Made by a program: the position numbers and the translations under genes
In this document: positions 22,610 to 34,656 of the stretch, piece by piece
How positions within the stretch are numbered: position 1 is the stretch's first letter
Layout of the letters: each line of letters starts with the position of its first letter
The notes under the pieces: generated by a model
What the model was told of the DNA's origin: nothing
Database searches by the model: none
What the model saw: only the letters and a program-made list of their open reading frames with translations
IMG/VR virus record: IMGVR_UViG_3300047444_000198
Span: 12,396-76,395 of that record
DNA length: 64,000 nucleotides
Reading direction: 5' to 3' (one strand)
Origin: a virus

Positions 22610-23040
22610 GTGACATGTGTCACGGGACCATTAATGCGCCCGGGTAGGCCGTATGGCCTACCCACGCACACCCTCTGACCTGGTGTTTCACACCTGGTGA
22701 GGTTTGTCAACAACATAGGCCGTAGGGCCTATGTTGTGTTACCAGGTGGTAGTGTGCTAGGGGTGCTCATGTTGTGTGAACATGAGCGCATTAGGGCAGG
22801 TCACAGTACGTGCCCATGGTCACGACAGGCGTGTGAGTGTGTCACTCACGCCTAAGGCTAGGTTGGGTAGGGTGTGACTCATGTCATTGCCTGCCCATGG
22901 CATGGACGTGACTTGACACACCCTGTCTATAGGCTGAACGACCCTTATAGGCCTGGCCCATGGCGCCGAACTACTCCGCACTTGGTACCGAGCGGTACTA
23001 GGGGGACAACGCAAAGGGCGCCCTGTGAGGGGCGCCCTTA
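22610..23040. repeat. Non-coding island with at least six inverted repeats
   Basis: GGGTAGGCC-GTAT-GGCCTACCC, CAACATAGGCC-GTAG-GGCCTATGTTG, GCTCATGTT..AACATGAGC, GTGAGTG..CACTCAC, AAGGGCGCCC..GGGCGCCCTT, GTGACA..TGTCAC. Confidence 0.8.
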
Positions 23041-23081
23041 TACGGTGTGACCAGGTTGTCAGTGTCAGTGCTCGCCAGGCG

Positions 23082-24626
23082 TCACCCCTCCCGGTAGCTA
23101 TCGAGCAGTGCGGCGGCGATGCTGTCGTCGTCCAGGATCGTGGTCGCTGTACCGTCCAGTACGGTGCCAGTCACGGCAGCCTTGTCATTGAGGATCGACA
23201 TGAGCCGTTCATCCACCGTCGCCACGCCATTGGTACCGAGCATGATGTGGCTCACGACCTCGCGAGTCTGGCCGATACGGTCTAGGCGATCCTCGACCTG
23301 TTGTAGGTCTCCGGGCGTCCACGGTAGCTCCGCGACGACGATATGACGGGCCGCCGTGAGCGTGAATCCCACGCCAGCGGCGACGATGTTCCCCGCCAGT
23401 ACCCGGGCCTTGCCTGACTGAAAGGCGTCTACGGCAGCTTGTTTCTGGACCGTGGAATCGTTCCCTGTGATGGTCACGGCGCCGAACGCCTCGACCATGG
23501 CGCGGATCGTGTCGGTATGCGTGGCGGCGATGAACACTTGCTCGCCCTCGTCCAGGAGCCCTTGCACGTACTCGACCACGGCCGCGACCTTAGCCTGGCC
23601 GATAAGGCGCCGCAGGGTATTGAGCAGTACCAGAGCCTCAGCCTTGCCTGCGGACTCAGCAGCCTTGTCGCCACGCTCGCCCCGCACGTAGGCAATCAGG
23701 TCATCTTGCGCCCGCACGTAGTCACGTGCAGCCGTCCCGGCCATGGCGGTCCCGACACTGATACGGCCCTTGCCTGGCAGCGTGAGCACTTCCGAACGCA
23801 GGCGCCGCAGGTAGAACGTGGAGACCATGGTCTCGTGAAGCTCACTCAGGTACGCACTCCCACGCGTGCCCCACCGGTCCAGTACCGGACAGTAGCGATT
23901 GAGGAACGACCACCAGCCGCCGAACACATGATCGACGCCCGCGATACGTAGCTGGGTGGCTAGTTCACTGGGCCGGTTGACGATAGCCGTGCCACTCATG
24001 AGCACCCGCAGTGCACCATGGGGGAGCGTGGCGGCGAGCGCCATGGCGGCACGTGCGCGTTGTGCCTTGTATGACTTGAATCGATGCGCCTCGTCTACCA
24101 CCAGGGCGCGGATGCCCATCGTGGTCAGTACCCCGTTCACTACGTCACGTGACTTCCCGGTCCGCTGGTCAGTCACCTTGACCAGACCGGCCCACTTGCT
24201 GAGTACAGCGTCACCGATCACGTAGAAGTCAGCGTCGGCAGGCAGCACCGGCTTGGTACCAGTCAGCACCACCACGCGGGCACCCGGCACCAGCCGCACA
24301 ATCTCGTTCCGCCAGTTGAGCGTGAGGCTAGGGGGACACACAACGAGAGCCGGGTACGTGCTGGGTGCCAGCGCAATGGCGGCGATGGCGGCGAACGTCT
24401 TACCCAGGCCCATCTCGTCGCCGACGTAGCTACCGCCGAACCGGGCGACGTCGGCATGGATGCGCTGGACTGCCTCGACCTGGTGGTCAAGGAGGGGCAG
24501 CGCGAGAGCCGTGAAGTCGAACGACGTCGTAGCGGCGATGGCGGTGGCGGCGACGACGGTAGGCAGGGCCGCGCTAGGCGTGGCGGCGAAGAATGCGGAC
24601 AGGGCGTTAGTGGGTGCGTTGGTCAC
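23082..24626 (-). CDS. SNF2/SMARCAL1-like (HARP-type) SF2 helicase
   Basis: DEMGLGKT, VVDEAH, MSGT, AGVGFTL, QVEDRLDRIGQ motifs; start reassigned to GTG 24626, 7 nt below a TAGGCT -10 box. Confidence 0.9.
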   Translation of the reverse strand: MTNAPTNALSAFFAATPSAALPTVVAATAIAATTSFDFTALALPLLDHQVEAVQRIHADVARFGGSYVGDEMGLGKTFAAIAAIALAPSTYPALVVCPPSLTLNWRNEIVRLVPGARVVVLTGTKPVLPADADFYVIGDAVLSKWAGLVKVTDQRTGKSRDVVNGVLTTMGIRALVVDEAHRFKSYKAQRARAAMALAATLPHGALRVLMSGTAIVNRPSELATQLRIAGVDHVFGGWWSFLNRYCPVLDRWGTRGSAYLSELHETMVSTFYLRRLRSEVLTLPGKGRISVGTAMAGTAARDYVRAQDDLIAYVRGERGDKAAESAGKAEALVLLNTLRRLIGQAKVAAVVEYVQGLLDEGEQVFIAATHTDTIRAMVEAFGAVTITGNDSTVQKQAAVDAFQSGKARVLAGNIVAAGVGFTLTAARHIVVAELPWTPGDLQQVEDRLDRIGQTREVVSHIMLGTNGVATVDERLMSILNDKAAVTGTVLDGTATTILDDDSIAAALLDSYREG

Positions 24627-24699
24627 GAGAGAAAGCCTATCAGGTAGTTGAGTCAACAGGTGGTCAGGAGGCATAGGCCATTCGGCCTATTTGCCCTGG

Positions 24700-25590
24700 T
24701 CAGGCGTGGTGCATGGGGTACTGCCCACGGTAGTCCGGCGTGCTCGCGAGGCACGGTTCCCCCACGGTCTCGACCAGGTTGGCACCACACTCGGCGCACG
24801 CTTCCGACAGGATGGCGTCCACGGTCGTGTAGCTAGGCGCTACCACCTTTCCGGACGGACGGGTCACGGGCCGACCGAGCACGTCGGCAGCTTCCTCATA
24901 GGTGGGATACCACCAGCCGTGACGGGCGGCGCACTTCGGGCCGTACCCGGCCGCGAGGGACCTGTCGTCGTCAATATCAAGTCCGCAGTTACAGCAGAAG
25001 CCGTGCAGCTTCCCGAACGCGGACGCTTCCTCCTGGCTCATGGCATGGGCGACGCCCTCGCTCACGTAGCGCTTGACGATGGCGACACCACCCCGCACGT
25101 AGTCGAACGTGCGCCCACGGAGCACCTTGCACGCCTGATAGCCGTTCTGAGTCGTGTACAGCTTCCACACCGCGGACCCATCGTCCAGCGTGTAGAGACC
25201 GTTATCGAGCACCAGGGTAGCGGCGGCGACCGTAGCCGCATCCGCCACGGCGCAATCGCCCTCATGATGGAACGTGAGCCACTTCCCGGTGCTTGACTTC
25301 TGAATCCACCCAGCACCGGCCGGAACGTTCCCCTTGCACGTCTGGCACTTTCCGGGGTAGCCGTTCGACCGTTTGGCCGGAGCGGTAGCCGTGGCGGCGA
25401 CAGTGTTCTTCATGCCTAGAAGCGCCTCGATCATGGCGCTAGCCGTGCCGGACTTCCCGCCCGTCAAGGTGCTCTCTAGTTGCGCCATGGCGGCGGGGAC
25501 GTCATTGATCCCGGTCTGGTCGGCGGGGATCTGCTGGAGCAGCGAACGGATGAAAGAGATCTGCTTAGGGGAAGCCGGTGCGTTGGTCAC
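24700..25590 (-). CDS. DUF6011-like zinc-binding protein
   Basis: CCNCGLDIDDDRSLAAGYGPKCA; N-terminal ASPKQISFIRSL; leaderless GTG at 25590. Confidence 0.7.
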   Translation of the reverse strand: MTNAPASPKQISFIRSLLQQIPADQTGINDVPAAMAQLESTLTGGKSGTASAMIEALLGMKNTVAATATAPAKRSNGYPGKCQTCKGNVPAGAGWIQKSSTGKWLTFHHEGDCAVADAATVAAATLVLDNGLYTLDDGSAVWKLYTTQNGYQACKVLRGRTFDYVRGGVAIVKRYVSEGVAHAMSQEEASAFGKLHGFCCNCGLDIDDDRSLAAGYGPKCAARHGWWYPTYEEAADVLGRPVTRPSGKVVAPSYTTVDAILSEACAECGANLVETVGEPCLASTPDYRGQYPMHHA

Positions 25591-25655
25591 GATCATGAGT
25601 CTAGGCGCTTTCTTAGGGTCCCGTATGGGCCATACGGCCCTTCTGTTGACTCACC

Positions 25656-28600
25656 TTAGGAGGGGCGGCGGGCCGTCACCACCAGGGGCACCGCGAGACC
25701 GTGCGCCACAGGGCGCCGCAGGCGTCCGGAGCACGTGTCGAACGTGGTCACCAGCACGTGGTCACCACGGTCCTCGACCTTGTGGACCGTGGAGACGTGC
25801 GCGAGCACGTCCCCCGGCCGCAGGTCACCGGCCAGCACAACCGTGCTCACGCCGTCACCTCGGCGTTGCGGCGCGCACGCCGCAGCTTGTCTTGCAGGCT
25901 CATAGCCTCAGCGGCCAGCGTGGGCCAGGCGTTGGCCTGGCAGTTGTGCCACTCGCTCGACAGGGCGAGGATCAGCGTGCTCATTTCGCCCGCTGTGAGC
26001 GTGATCGTGGTGGGTGCGTTGGTCATGAGAGTATCTTACCTCCAAGAGTTGAGTCAACAAATAGGCCATTCGGCCCTTTGGCTCCAAGCTCCAAGGGCTA
26101 GCCCTCCCACTCACTGAGGAAGGCCAGCACGTCAGCCGTGTCCTGTGACGTAGCTCCAAGCACGCGCCCTGTGATGGTGCACGCATCGCCCGCACCGGTC
26201 ACCGCGTACAGGTCGCCTCCAAGGTCGTAGAGCACGTGGAAGTTGTACGCACACATGAAGTTGCGCGATACGAAACGGCGGCGCAAGGCAGGCGTGACAG
26301 GGACGTCACGCTCGATCCGCGGCCAGGCGTCAGCCGGGAAGGGCCGCAGGTCCAGGTCCAGCATCACGGCACACGGTTGGCACGTGGGCACGTCACCCAG
26401 GATCGGATGCGAGACCACGCCCGCAGCGGGGCGCACGCACCGGGCGAACCACTTGCACGTGGTCACTTGACCGGCTCCAAGGGCGCCGATGCGAACAGGT
26501 TGCTTGCGTAGTACACGCGTCGCGACTGGTCGCCGTCCCGGTCCAAGAACCGAAAGCCCTTGTAGTTGCCGGTGTCCATGAGCACGTCCTCGATCATGCC
26601 AGCGACCGCGTAGCGGGCCTGCACCTGGTCATCGGCCGAGTTGGCGAGCATGTTGTTGGCGAAGTCGAGCACGCGCTTGACGTTGATCGTCTTGCGAGCC
26701 TTGACGTTGGTGCTGGTCGAGTAGGGCATGAGAGTATCTTACCTCCTTGTTGACTCAACTACTATGGTCCATTAGGCCCTGCTTCTGGCGCTCGTACACA
26801 GCGCTGGGATGTTGTGCCATGGCGCACGCCCTGCACACAGAGACACCACCCATGCGGGTCGTAGCCTCCTGTGAGCACGGACGCAGCCACTCGTCAGACG
26901 ACTGGCAGGTCACCGGTACACCACCCGGACCTCACGAGCCTCTAGGCACTCCTTGACTGTGAAGTCAGCGCGCACCCGGCCACCCTTGTGAGCGAGGTTG
27001 TAGCCGACAGCGAACGTCGTGATGCCGCGGTTCTGTAGCACTCGGATGGCCGAGAACGTAGGCAGCGGTTGGCCGATGTGGTCGGACCAGCCGAGACCGG
27101 GGTAGAACACCTGTTCGATGCGAGCATCGCTCGCCCTCGTGTTGAGGTTCCGACGCGACAGGTGGCGACGGATGGGCAGCGGGGGAGTGTTGTGATTGGT
27201 CATGAGATGGCTTTCATCTGCGTGATGGACCGGCGTGCGCTCTTGCGGCCGGGATGCGGACAGGTGACGATCGCGGTGGGCGAGCACACACCGATGGTGT
27301 GCTGGCAGGTCGGGCACTGGTAGGTGGTCATGAGTACAGCTTACTTGACTGTTGACTCAACACCTATGGGCCATTCGGCCCTAGCTACCGTCAGCACGTG
27401 AGCGAAATGTTGGTGCAGCCGGTCAGCAGCGCGCAGCGCCGCGGCCTCGTTAGCCTCCTGTGAGACCAGGGACGAACGAACCGCCAGGCCGGTCGAGTCG
27501 AGCGTGACAAAGCCGACGTGGTAGCTCACGGTGCCACTCTCGTAGGTGATCGAAGCAGCATCGATGATGCCACCTGGTACGTCGTAGGTCACCAGTGTGG
27601 TGTACGTGCTCTCAGTCATCCCTCGCCCCACGTCTGCACCACGTCACCGGGGAGCACGCGGAACGTGCCACCGCGGATCGTGCCGAAGTCGATGGTCAGC
27701 CACTTGCGGCCGACGATGGTCACGGTGCCGAAGCACACCACGCCGAACATGGCGGGATGGAAGGCCTCGACCGTGTCACCGACCTTGAAGTCGGAGAGTG
27801 TGAAGGTGGTGGTCATGGTGTCCATTCTAGTGAGTAGTTGAGTCAACAGCTATGGGCCATTCGGCCCTAGAGCAGACCCTCGGACGTAAGCAGCTTCACC
27901 AGGTCCGCGAGTCCACCCTCTAGCTCCGTGGCATGCGAGACGAACGCAAAGCGCTCACCGAACGTGAAAGCAGCGTTCACGAAGCAGCAGCTACCCCCGG
28001 CCATCATGCCGACGTGGCCGATGGCCTTGCCCTCGCGCATGATGGCAGCGCTGGACTTGTTCTTGCGGCGAAGCGTCAACATGGTACCAGTGTACCGGAC
28101 GTGTTGACTCACCACCATGGGCCATTCGGCCCCTTATCTGGTGGTACCAAGTGCTGTCAGTGTCAGTGCGCTCGTCGGACCGTAGCGAGCACCGCAGGCC
28201 AGGGCACCACCCCCAGACTCGGTCCACCATGTGGCGACAGGGGACCAACCTGGTCGCTACGGCCCGAACAACGCACTGACACTGACGGTCTAGAGCCCTT
28301 CCTCGTTGGCGAAGCGCTGCATCATGTTGACGCAATCGTCGCGGTAGCGCTCAGCAGCACACCACGCACTCTCGCCCTTGAACGTCTTGCCTCGCGGCCA
28401 CGTGGTGGCCCACTCAGGGCGCTTGGAGACGCTGACACGGTGGGCGCCATCCTCGTAGCGGTAGCCACCACGTGAGTCGAGCAGCGGCCCGGTCTCGATC
28501 TGCACGGCGCCGATGCGTGAGCCGTAGTAGCCGTTCACGTTGGTGCGGGCGATCGTGCTCCAAGGGCCTGGTGTGCTGTAGCGGGTCATGGGATCAGTCT

Positions 28601-31600
28601 ACCGATCCTGTTGACTCAACGCATGAGTCATTCGGCTCATTGCATGCGAAGGCAGGATCGCACTCGTCCTCGCACGCCGCGCAAGGCAAGGGGCACGGTT
28701 CATCGTGGCGAGGATCGTGACAGTGCATCATCGTGCGCTCCAAGCGGCACGCTTGGCCTCGTCCACGCGCATCCGGTGCTGGGCCTCCAAGACCTGGGAC
28801 TCCAAGACCTCACGCTCCGTCCAGCGCTTCACCTCGGAGGCGATCTGGTCAGCCGTGTCATTGCGGCCGATCATGGTCCACACCATCATCGAACCGTTGA
28901 CGAACGCAGGCCACGCGATCATCTCGTCGGCGTGCTTCTTGCACGTCACGAACGTGGCCCACCGCCATCCCATGGTGTCGGCCTCGTCCAGTACCACGTC
29001 GTTCAACAGGCAGACGACGATGCGGTTGGCACGTGCGCTGCACCGGCCAGAGCCCTGGCACAGTCGGCCAGCGGCCCGGTTGCGCTCGCAGCGCTCGTAT
29101 GTCTCTTGGCTCACGCTGTATCCCATGAGAGTCAGTCTACACTCTCTGTTGACTCAACGCCTGAGTCATTCGACTCATTGTGGATGCGAGCCTCGGGGCC
29201 AAAGCCGCACCAGCACACCCGCATGCCGTACAGATCACAGGGATTGAACCGATGGGTAGCTGACGCGGCCGGGAAGTCATCCGGCGTGACCACGGTGAGC
29301 ATGGTGGAACGCTTGGGCCGTTTCGGCTCATTGGTGGTCCAGCCCTCGTCGCTCTCGTTGTCGCGGTACTGGATGACCACCAGGGCACCGGGATTGATCT
29401 CCTGGTAGATGGCAGCCGCACTACGAGGGTGGTAGGCACTCGTGGGATCGAACGGGCCGTGCTGCATGGAGCAGCCATTGACCAGCACCATGTACTGGTA
29501 GCGGACCATCTTGTCGGCCATTAGAACGTGCCCTCGTGCTCGGTGTAGTCGATGCCATCGAGAGCCGCAGCCATCTCGGGCGTGATCAGGGTGTAGCGCT
29601 GGATATAGACGCCATGGTCCACGTCCTCGTCAGTGATGACGACCTCACCCGAACGGATGCGCTGGACTAGCTCGTCAGCGACCTCGTAGTCCTGGATGGT
29701 GTCCAGAGCGAAGGTATCCCAATCGCTCACGAGGTTGACAACCTCGCGGCCTCCAAGGAACTCATGCAGGAAGGCAAAGGGCGCACCGTCGTGGACACCA
29801 GGATCACAGCCGTCGCCATCGGTGTTGTCGAGCCAGATCTGGCCGTCGAAGCGGACGACAGAGCCGCACTTGTAGCAGATGCTCGGGGTGATGGTCATGA
29901 ATCCTCCTGGTCGTCGTCCCACTCGTCAGGAGTGGGACCGTTGAAGCGGCGCCCGTTGATAGACGACGCCCGGAGACGCTGACCATCACGGAACGCTTGG
30001 CGGTCCGCATCGTTCCAGCGGTGGAGTGTGCGGCTCATGTTGAACAGTCTACTCCAAGAGTTGACTCAACACATGGGCCATTCGGCTCATTCGGCGCAGA
30101 CCTCGGCCCACTCCAAGGGGAACAGAGCCACCACCGCATCGTCGGACCCTTCACAGGCTCGCAGGTAACGCTTGATCAGCGCTGACTCGTCCTCGGTGCA
30201 GTCGATACCGTCGCGCTTGCGCTGGATGGTGGCCGTCAACTCACTGAGGATGACCACGTTCGGGTTGGTCTCGGGGCCGTCACCGACCACCATGCCGGTA
30301 CAGGCCTCGTGATGGTCACTCACCACGCAGCCACACTCGGGGCACAGGGCCTCGCAGGGGTAGGGCGCGTGGTCCATCTCGTCGTACGAGGCGCCGCACG
30401 TAGTGCAGAAGTCACCGCCACCAGTGTGAGCATGATCCTCGCCCCGCACGTCCTCGTAGGCCTCGATGCGGCCATCCAGGAGCGCCTGACCCGTTATTGA
30501 GCCGGGGCCAACGATCTGGTTGTTGTTGGCGATGCGCCGGTTGACGTCAGCGATCATGGCGAGCACCGTGGCCCTCGTGTCCAGCAAGGCGTTGGCGTAG
30601 CCCGCCTGGTTGGCCCGCTGCACGTTGTTGCCTGCCTGGTCGTACTCACGGCAGCGCTGCTCGGCGTAGCGAGCCTGGGCAGCCAGGCTGTCAGCTAGTT
30701 CTTGCAGGTTGGTGGGGTTGGTCATGATGAGAGTCTACCTCCCTCTGTTGACTCAACGCCTGAGTCATTCGACTCATCCTCAGGCTTCCAGTTGAACGGG
30801 CGACTGAGGCTCAGCTTGCCTGCGTTCACAAGCTGCTGGATGGCACCAGCGGCCTCGTCCGAGACGTTGGCCTCACGGATGACGTGGAGCAGGTAGGCAG
30901 CGTCCAAGGCCCGACGACGCTGGGTAGCGGCCCTCTGCTCAGCCTGTTCGGCCTCAAACTTGGCACGCTGGGCGCCGATGCGCTTCTGGTAGGTCTCGAA
31001 GTCAACGACCTGGCGCTTGTTGACCAGGTAGTACTGACCCTCTCGGTAGGTGCTCGGCTCACCCTGAGCCTTGTCGGCCTCGACCGTCACGACCAGGACG
31101 TAGTCACCGCCCCGCGACTTGTAGCCGTACCAGTCCTCGATGGACTGGCCTTGCCTCATGTGGACGGGGCCGGGACCACTGCCACTCATGTTGGCCCGAA
31201 CGACGCGCACGGTGGTCCACTGCGACTTGTCGGCATCCCAGCCAGTGCGGCCGGAGCGGTTGATCAGGGCGTAGACCTTGCGGCCCTCCCACATTTCCTC
31301 GTATTTCATGATGTAAGTCTACCTAGTTTCGTAGGGTTCGGGAATGGGTCATTCGGACTGTTAACTCAACACCCTCCAAGGGTGTCAGTGTCAGTGCCTC
31401 ACCACGGCCCGCACAGACCGTGATACCGCTCGGTCAGGCCGGAGCCGTCACAGATCGACCAGCGGTAGCGGTAGACCTCGCCCTGGGCGATCGGCCCGGA
31501 GCAATCGTCGCACTGGTACTCCTTGCGGGCACGCTGTAGGCGTGTCACCACCAGGACCGTGCCGACTTCCTCGTCGTGATGGACCCGAAGCTCGCTCATC

Positions 31601-32917
31601 CGTACGCCTCCATGATGGCAAGCTCGGCCTGGTACTTGACCAGAGCCTCGGCCGCACCCTTCGCGAGCCGGTTGTAGGCATCAGCGGCGCGGTTGACGTT
31701 CTGCGTCAGGCTCGCCCGACGTGCACCCTCGGCATGTGCGGCCTCGTCGCGCAGGTAGCGCTGGACCGTGGCCTCGACCGCCTCCAAGAGGGGCCGCACG
31801 TACGTCTTGGGCGCTCCACCCATGGCTCGGGCTAGCTCGTAGTCCACCGTGCCGTCCTGGGGGATCACGCCGTAGACCTGGCTGTTGCTGTCGCCCTTGG
31901 CGTCGCGCTCGGCCTGGTTGCGGGCGTACCAGTAGCCCTTGGGCTGGCCCTGGTCGTTGGTGTGGATGTACCGGATGGCGTACTCGTTGCCCCGGTAGAC
32001 CAGCGTGCCCTCTACGAACACGTCATCGGTGCTCATGGCACACACCATGAGTCCACCGGTCACCTTGCCGTGGTTCACGTCCATCTGGACGTTGGCGACC
32101 CGCTCGTGCCACTCGGGCACCGGAACGGAGAGGGGGAGAGTTTCCTCAATGTCGTAGGTCTTGGTCATGAGCACAAGTCTACGCTTGTTGAGTCACCACC
32201 GCATGAGGCAAACGGACCATTTCGTCAGGTTCCGTGTCAGTGTCAGTGGCCTCGATGGTGGGATCACCGTGCAGAGCAAACGTGTGCTCGCAAGGCTCAC
32301 CCTTGGGCGGGGCGAACATGATGCGCTCCACGTCCAGCCGGTCGAGAGCATCCAGCAGAGGCACGCACGCCGTGACCATGGCACCCAGGATGAACAGGGC
32401 GCCGATCATCGCCGCGACCTTGTGCGTGCCCTCCGCGAAAGCGCCTGTGTACACGTAGCCGCCGACCGTGAACAGGACACCGGTAGCGCCCATCCAGCAC
32501 CAGAAGCGTTTGCGCTGGCTCATCGTGCGTGCACCGGGCAGTGCTTCCCCTCGTCGTGCAGGATGCCACCGCCCCGAAGCTCACGGCCGGTGCACAGAGA
32601 CTCCATGGCCTCAGCACACACGGCCGGATTGTCGAACGTGAGCAGGAGCGTGTACGGACGGGTGCCGTACTCAGCTTTGGCTACGAACGCCACATTGATC
32701 CAGTGCTCACGGTACCGATGCTCTTGTGTCACTCGATCAACCCCCGGTGTCGTGCTTCGCCCTCCAAGCAGTCTCGCATGAGGTCGGTTCCCCAATCCTC
32801 TCCAAGACGACGACGAAGCTGGGCGTCCGTCATGTCGCGCACGTCCAAGCCGTTGATCATGGCCTGGCCCTTACGGGGACGCTCACCGGGTCCACGTGTC
32901 TGCTGGTAGTCGCTCAC
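25656..32917 (-). other. Array of about 20 small hypothetical genes, most with their own promoter unit
   Basis: For example 25847-26026, 26098-26466, 26463-26729, 27616-27816, 27867-28082, 28290-28589, 28728-29126, 29132-29521, 30087-30725, 30722-31309, 31596-32168. Confidence 0.7.
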
Positions 32918-32973
32918 GATCACAGTCTACCCGCCATTGTGTTGACTCACCATGAGCCATCCGGCCCATCTTG

Positions 32974-33028
32974 TGGAGCACCGGGGAGTCGAACCCCGCT
33001 AGCTACCCATGCCCCGATGGAGTGCCCC
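32974..33028 (-). ncRNA. 55-nt tRNA-like RNA with Ala-type acceptor stem (G3:U70) and full T arm but no canonical D/anticodon arms
   Basis: GGGGCAC pairs with GTGCTCC then discriminator A; T arm CGGGG-TTCGACT-CCCCG; intergenic. Confidence 0.6.
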
Positions 33029-33364
33029 GTCAGTGTCAGTGCTCAGGCCAGCACGAAGAACGCCAGCGTGACCACCACCATGGCCGCAAACAACACCTTG
33101 CCAGCCAGGCGATGGCGTACTGACCAGGGGTAGCGCTTGCGGTAAGCACGGCGCTTCACTCGGTACCGGCGCTTGACGTCACGGTCCCAGGCTCGGCGCA
33201 TCTTGCGCTCACCACGCCGTGTCTCGACCACGTGCATCCGGCCGTAGACGTCTACAGGCACCTTGATCGAGCAGAGGGGCACGTCGCGAGAGGACCCAGC
33301 GGTGCCGTTGACGGGAGGAGGAGGACCAGTCAACGGCACCGATGAGGGTGGGGGAGGAGGCAAG

Positions 33365-33946
33365 TCAGACCCCGGCTCGTGCCGCACGCTCACGGGTGAC
33401 AAGTACCAGCCACGCGCCTCCAAGAAGGAGGGCAATCGCTCCAAGGGCCAGCGGAAGCGAGACGGTACCGGTCGTGGGTAGTTCCGTAGGGACGTGCGGT
33501 GCAGGAGTGGCAGCACTGTCCGGCGTACTGACGTCCGGCGTGGTGCTCGGCGTGGGGGGAGCAGTGGTGGCAACGGTGGTCACCACGCTCGGGGGCACGG
33601 TCGTCTCCACAACGCTGGGGGGAGTCGTGGGGGGCACCGATGATTCTGGCGTGCTCGTGACAGGTGTAGACGTGGGAGGCACGCTGGACTCAGGCACGCT
33701 GCTCGGTGCGCTGCTAGGCGGTACCGATGACTCGGGCACAGACGAGACGGGCACGCTGCTCGGCTCGCTGCTCGGGGTGCTGGACGGCGGCACACTGCTG
33801 TCAACCTCCGTGCTGCTCGGGGTGCTGCTCGGCGTGGACGTGGGCGGTTGGTAGCTGTGACTGCCGTGGGCCGACGCAGAGCCGATGACGAACGCACTCC
33901 CGCCGAACATCACGGCACCAGCCAGTAGCAGGTGCTTGATGTGCAT
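33365..33946 (-). CDS. Sortase-type LPxTG cell-surface protein, S/T/P-rich
   Basis: Signal peptide ending ASA; (P)SSVP repeats; LPTTG + hydrophobic helix + RERAAR. Confidence 0.8.
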   Translation of the reverse strand: MHIKHLLLAGAVMFGGSAFVIGSASAHGSHSYQPPTSTPSSTPSSTEVDSSVPPSSTPSSEPSSVPVSSVPESSVPPSSAPSSVPESSVPPTSTPVTSTPESSVPPTTPPSVVETTVPPSVVTTVATTAPPTPSTTPDVSTPDSAATPAPHVPTELPTTGTVSLPLALGAIALLLGGAWLVLVTRERAARAGV

Positions 33947-33996
33947 GGTTCGGCACCCTATCAGGCTCCAAGATTCATAGGGATAGGCCGTTTGCC

Positions 33997-34656
33997 CTAT
34001 TGCTTGCAGGCACGCCTGTGAGTCAAGCACACCAGGACCACGCCCACCAGCACCGACATGACTCCAACACTCCCCAGGGGCACGCTCGGGCTACCGGTGA
34101 CCGGCAGGGAGGCAGCCGGGGCCGTTGTTGCCACATGGTGCGACTTGGGTGGGCCTGTACGGACCTCTGAGGCCGTCTTGTCAGTGTCAGTGGCTACCGG
34201 TGACCCTGCCAGCGCCGTTGACGGCTCCTGCGCCACTACAGCGGTCGTGGTGGTGGGATCAGGCGTGGTAGCTCGGGGACTGTCACAGGACACAGGCTCC
34301 TGCGTGGGTGATCCAGGGACGATGCACACCGGCACGCCGCCGATGACCGTCTGGTGCGGGGTGGTATCAACCGGGGCCGTGGTCGTGGTAGTGGGCGCGC
34401 CACACGCCACGTCTCGGGATGCAGTCCAAGGAGTGAACACCTTGGTACCGTCTGACAACGTGCCAGCGACCCGGCCGCTCTCGCTCAGAGTGTTGCGAAG
34501 CTGAGCCGTGATGGCCTTGCTCTCGCCCGGTCCCAGGTCCAAGCCGACGATCCATGAGTCGGCCGTGGCACTCTGACCGTGGAAGGCCAGCGCCGCATCG
34601 TTGGTGATGGTGACTACCACGTGGTAGTCACAGTCCATCGAGCCGTTGGCGATCAT
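33997..34656 (-). CDS. Second LPxTG-type surface protein (no clear signal peptide)
   Basis: LPVTG + hydrophobic helix + HRRACK; T-rich linkers. Confidence 0.65.
   Translation of the reverse strand: MIANGSMDCDYHVVVTITNDAALAFHGQSATADSWIVGLDLGPGESKAITAQLRNTLSESGRVAGTLSDGTKVFTPWTASRDVACGAPTTTTTAPVDTTPHQTVIGGVPVCIVPGSPTQEPVSCDSPRATTPDPTTTTAVVAQEPSTALAGSPVATDTDKTASEVRTGPPKSHHVATTAPAASLPVTGSPSVPLGSVGVMSVLVGVVLVCLTHRRACKQ

Noticed and set aside
27817-27867. TTGACT within the palindrome as a -35 box
   Set aside because: It is only about 11-13 nt from the -10 box and its position varies between copies.
33540-33850. Tandem repeats as a DGR or mobile element
   Set aside because: They encode the PSSVP low-complexity stalk of the LPxTG protein; no reverse transcriptase or transposase seen.
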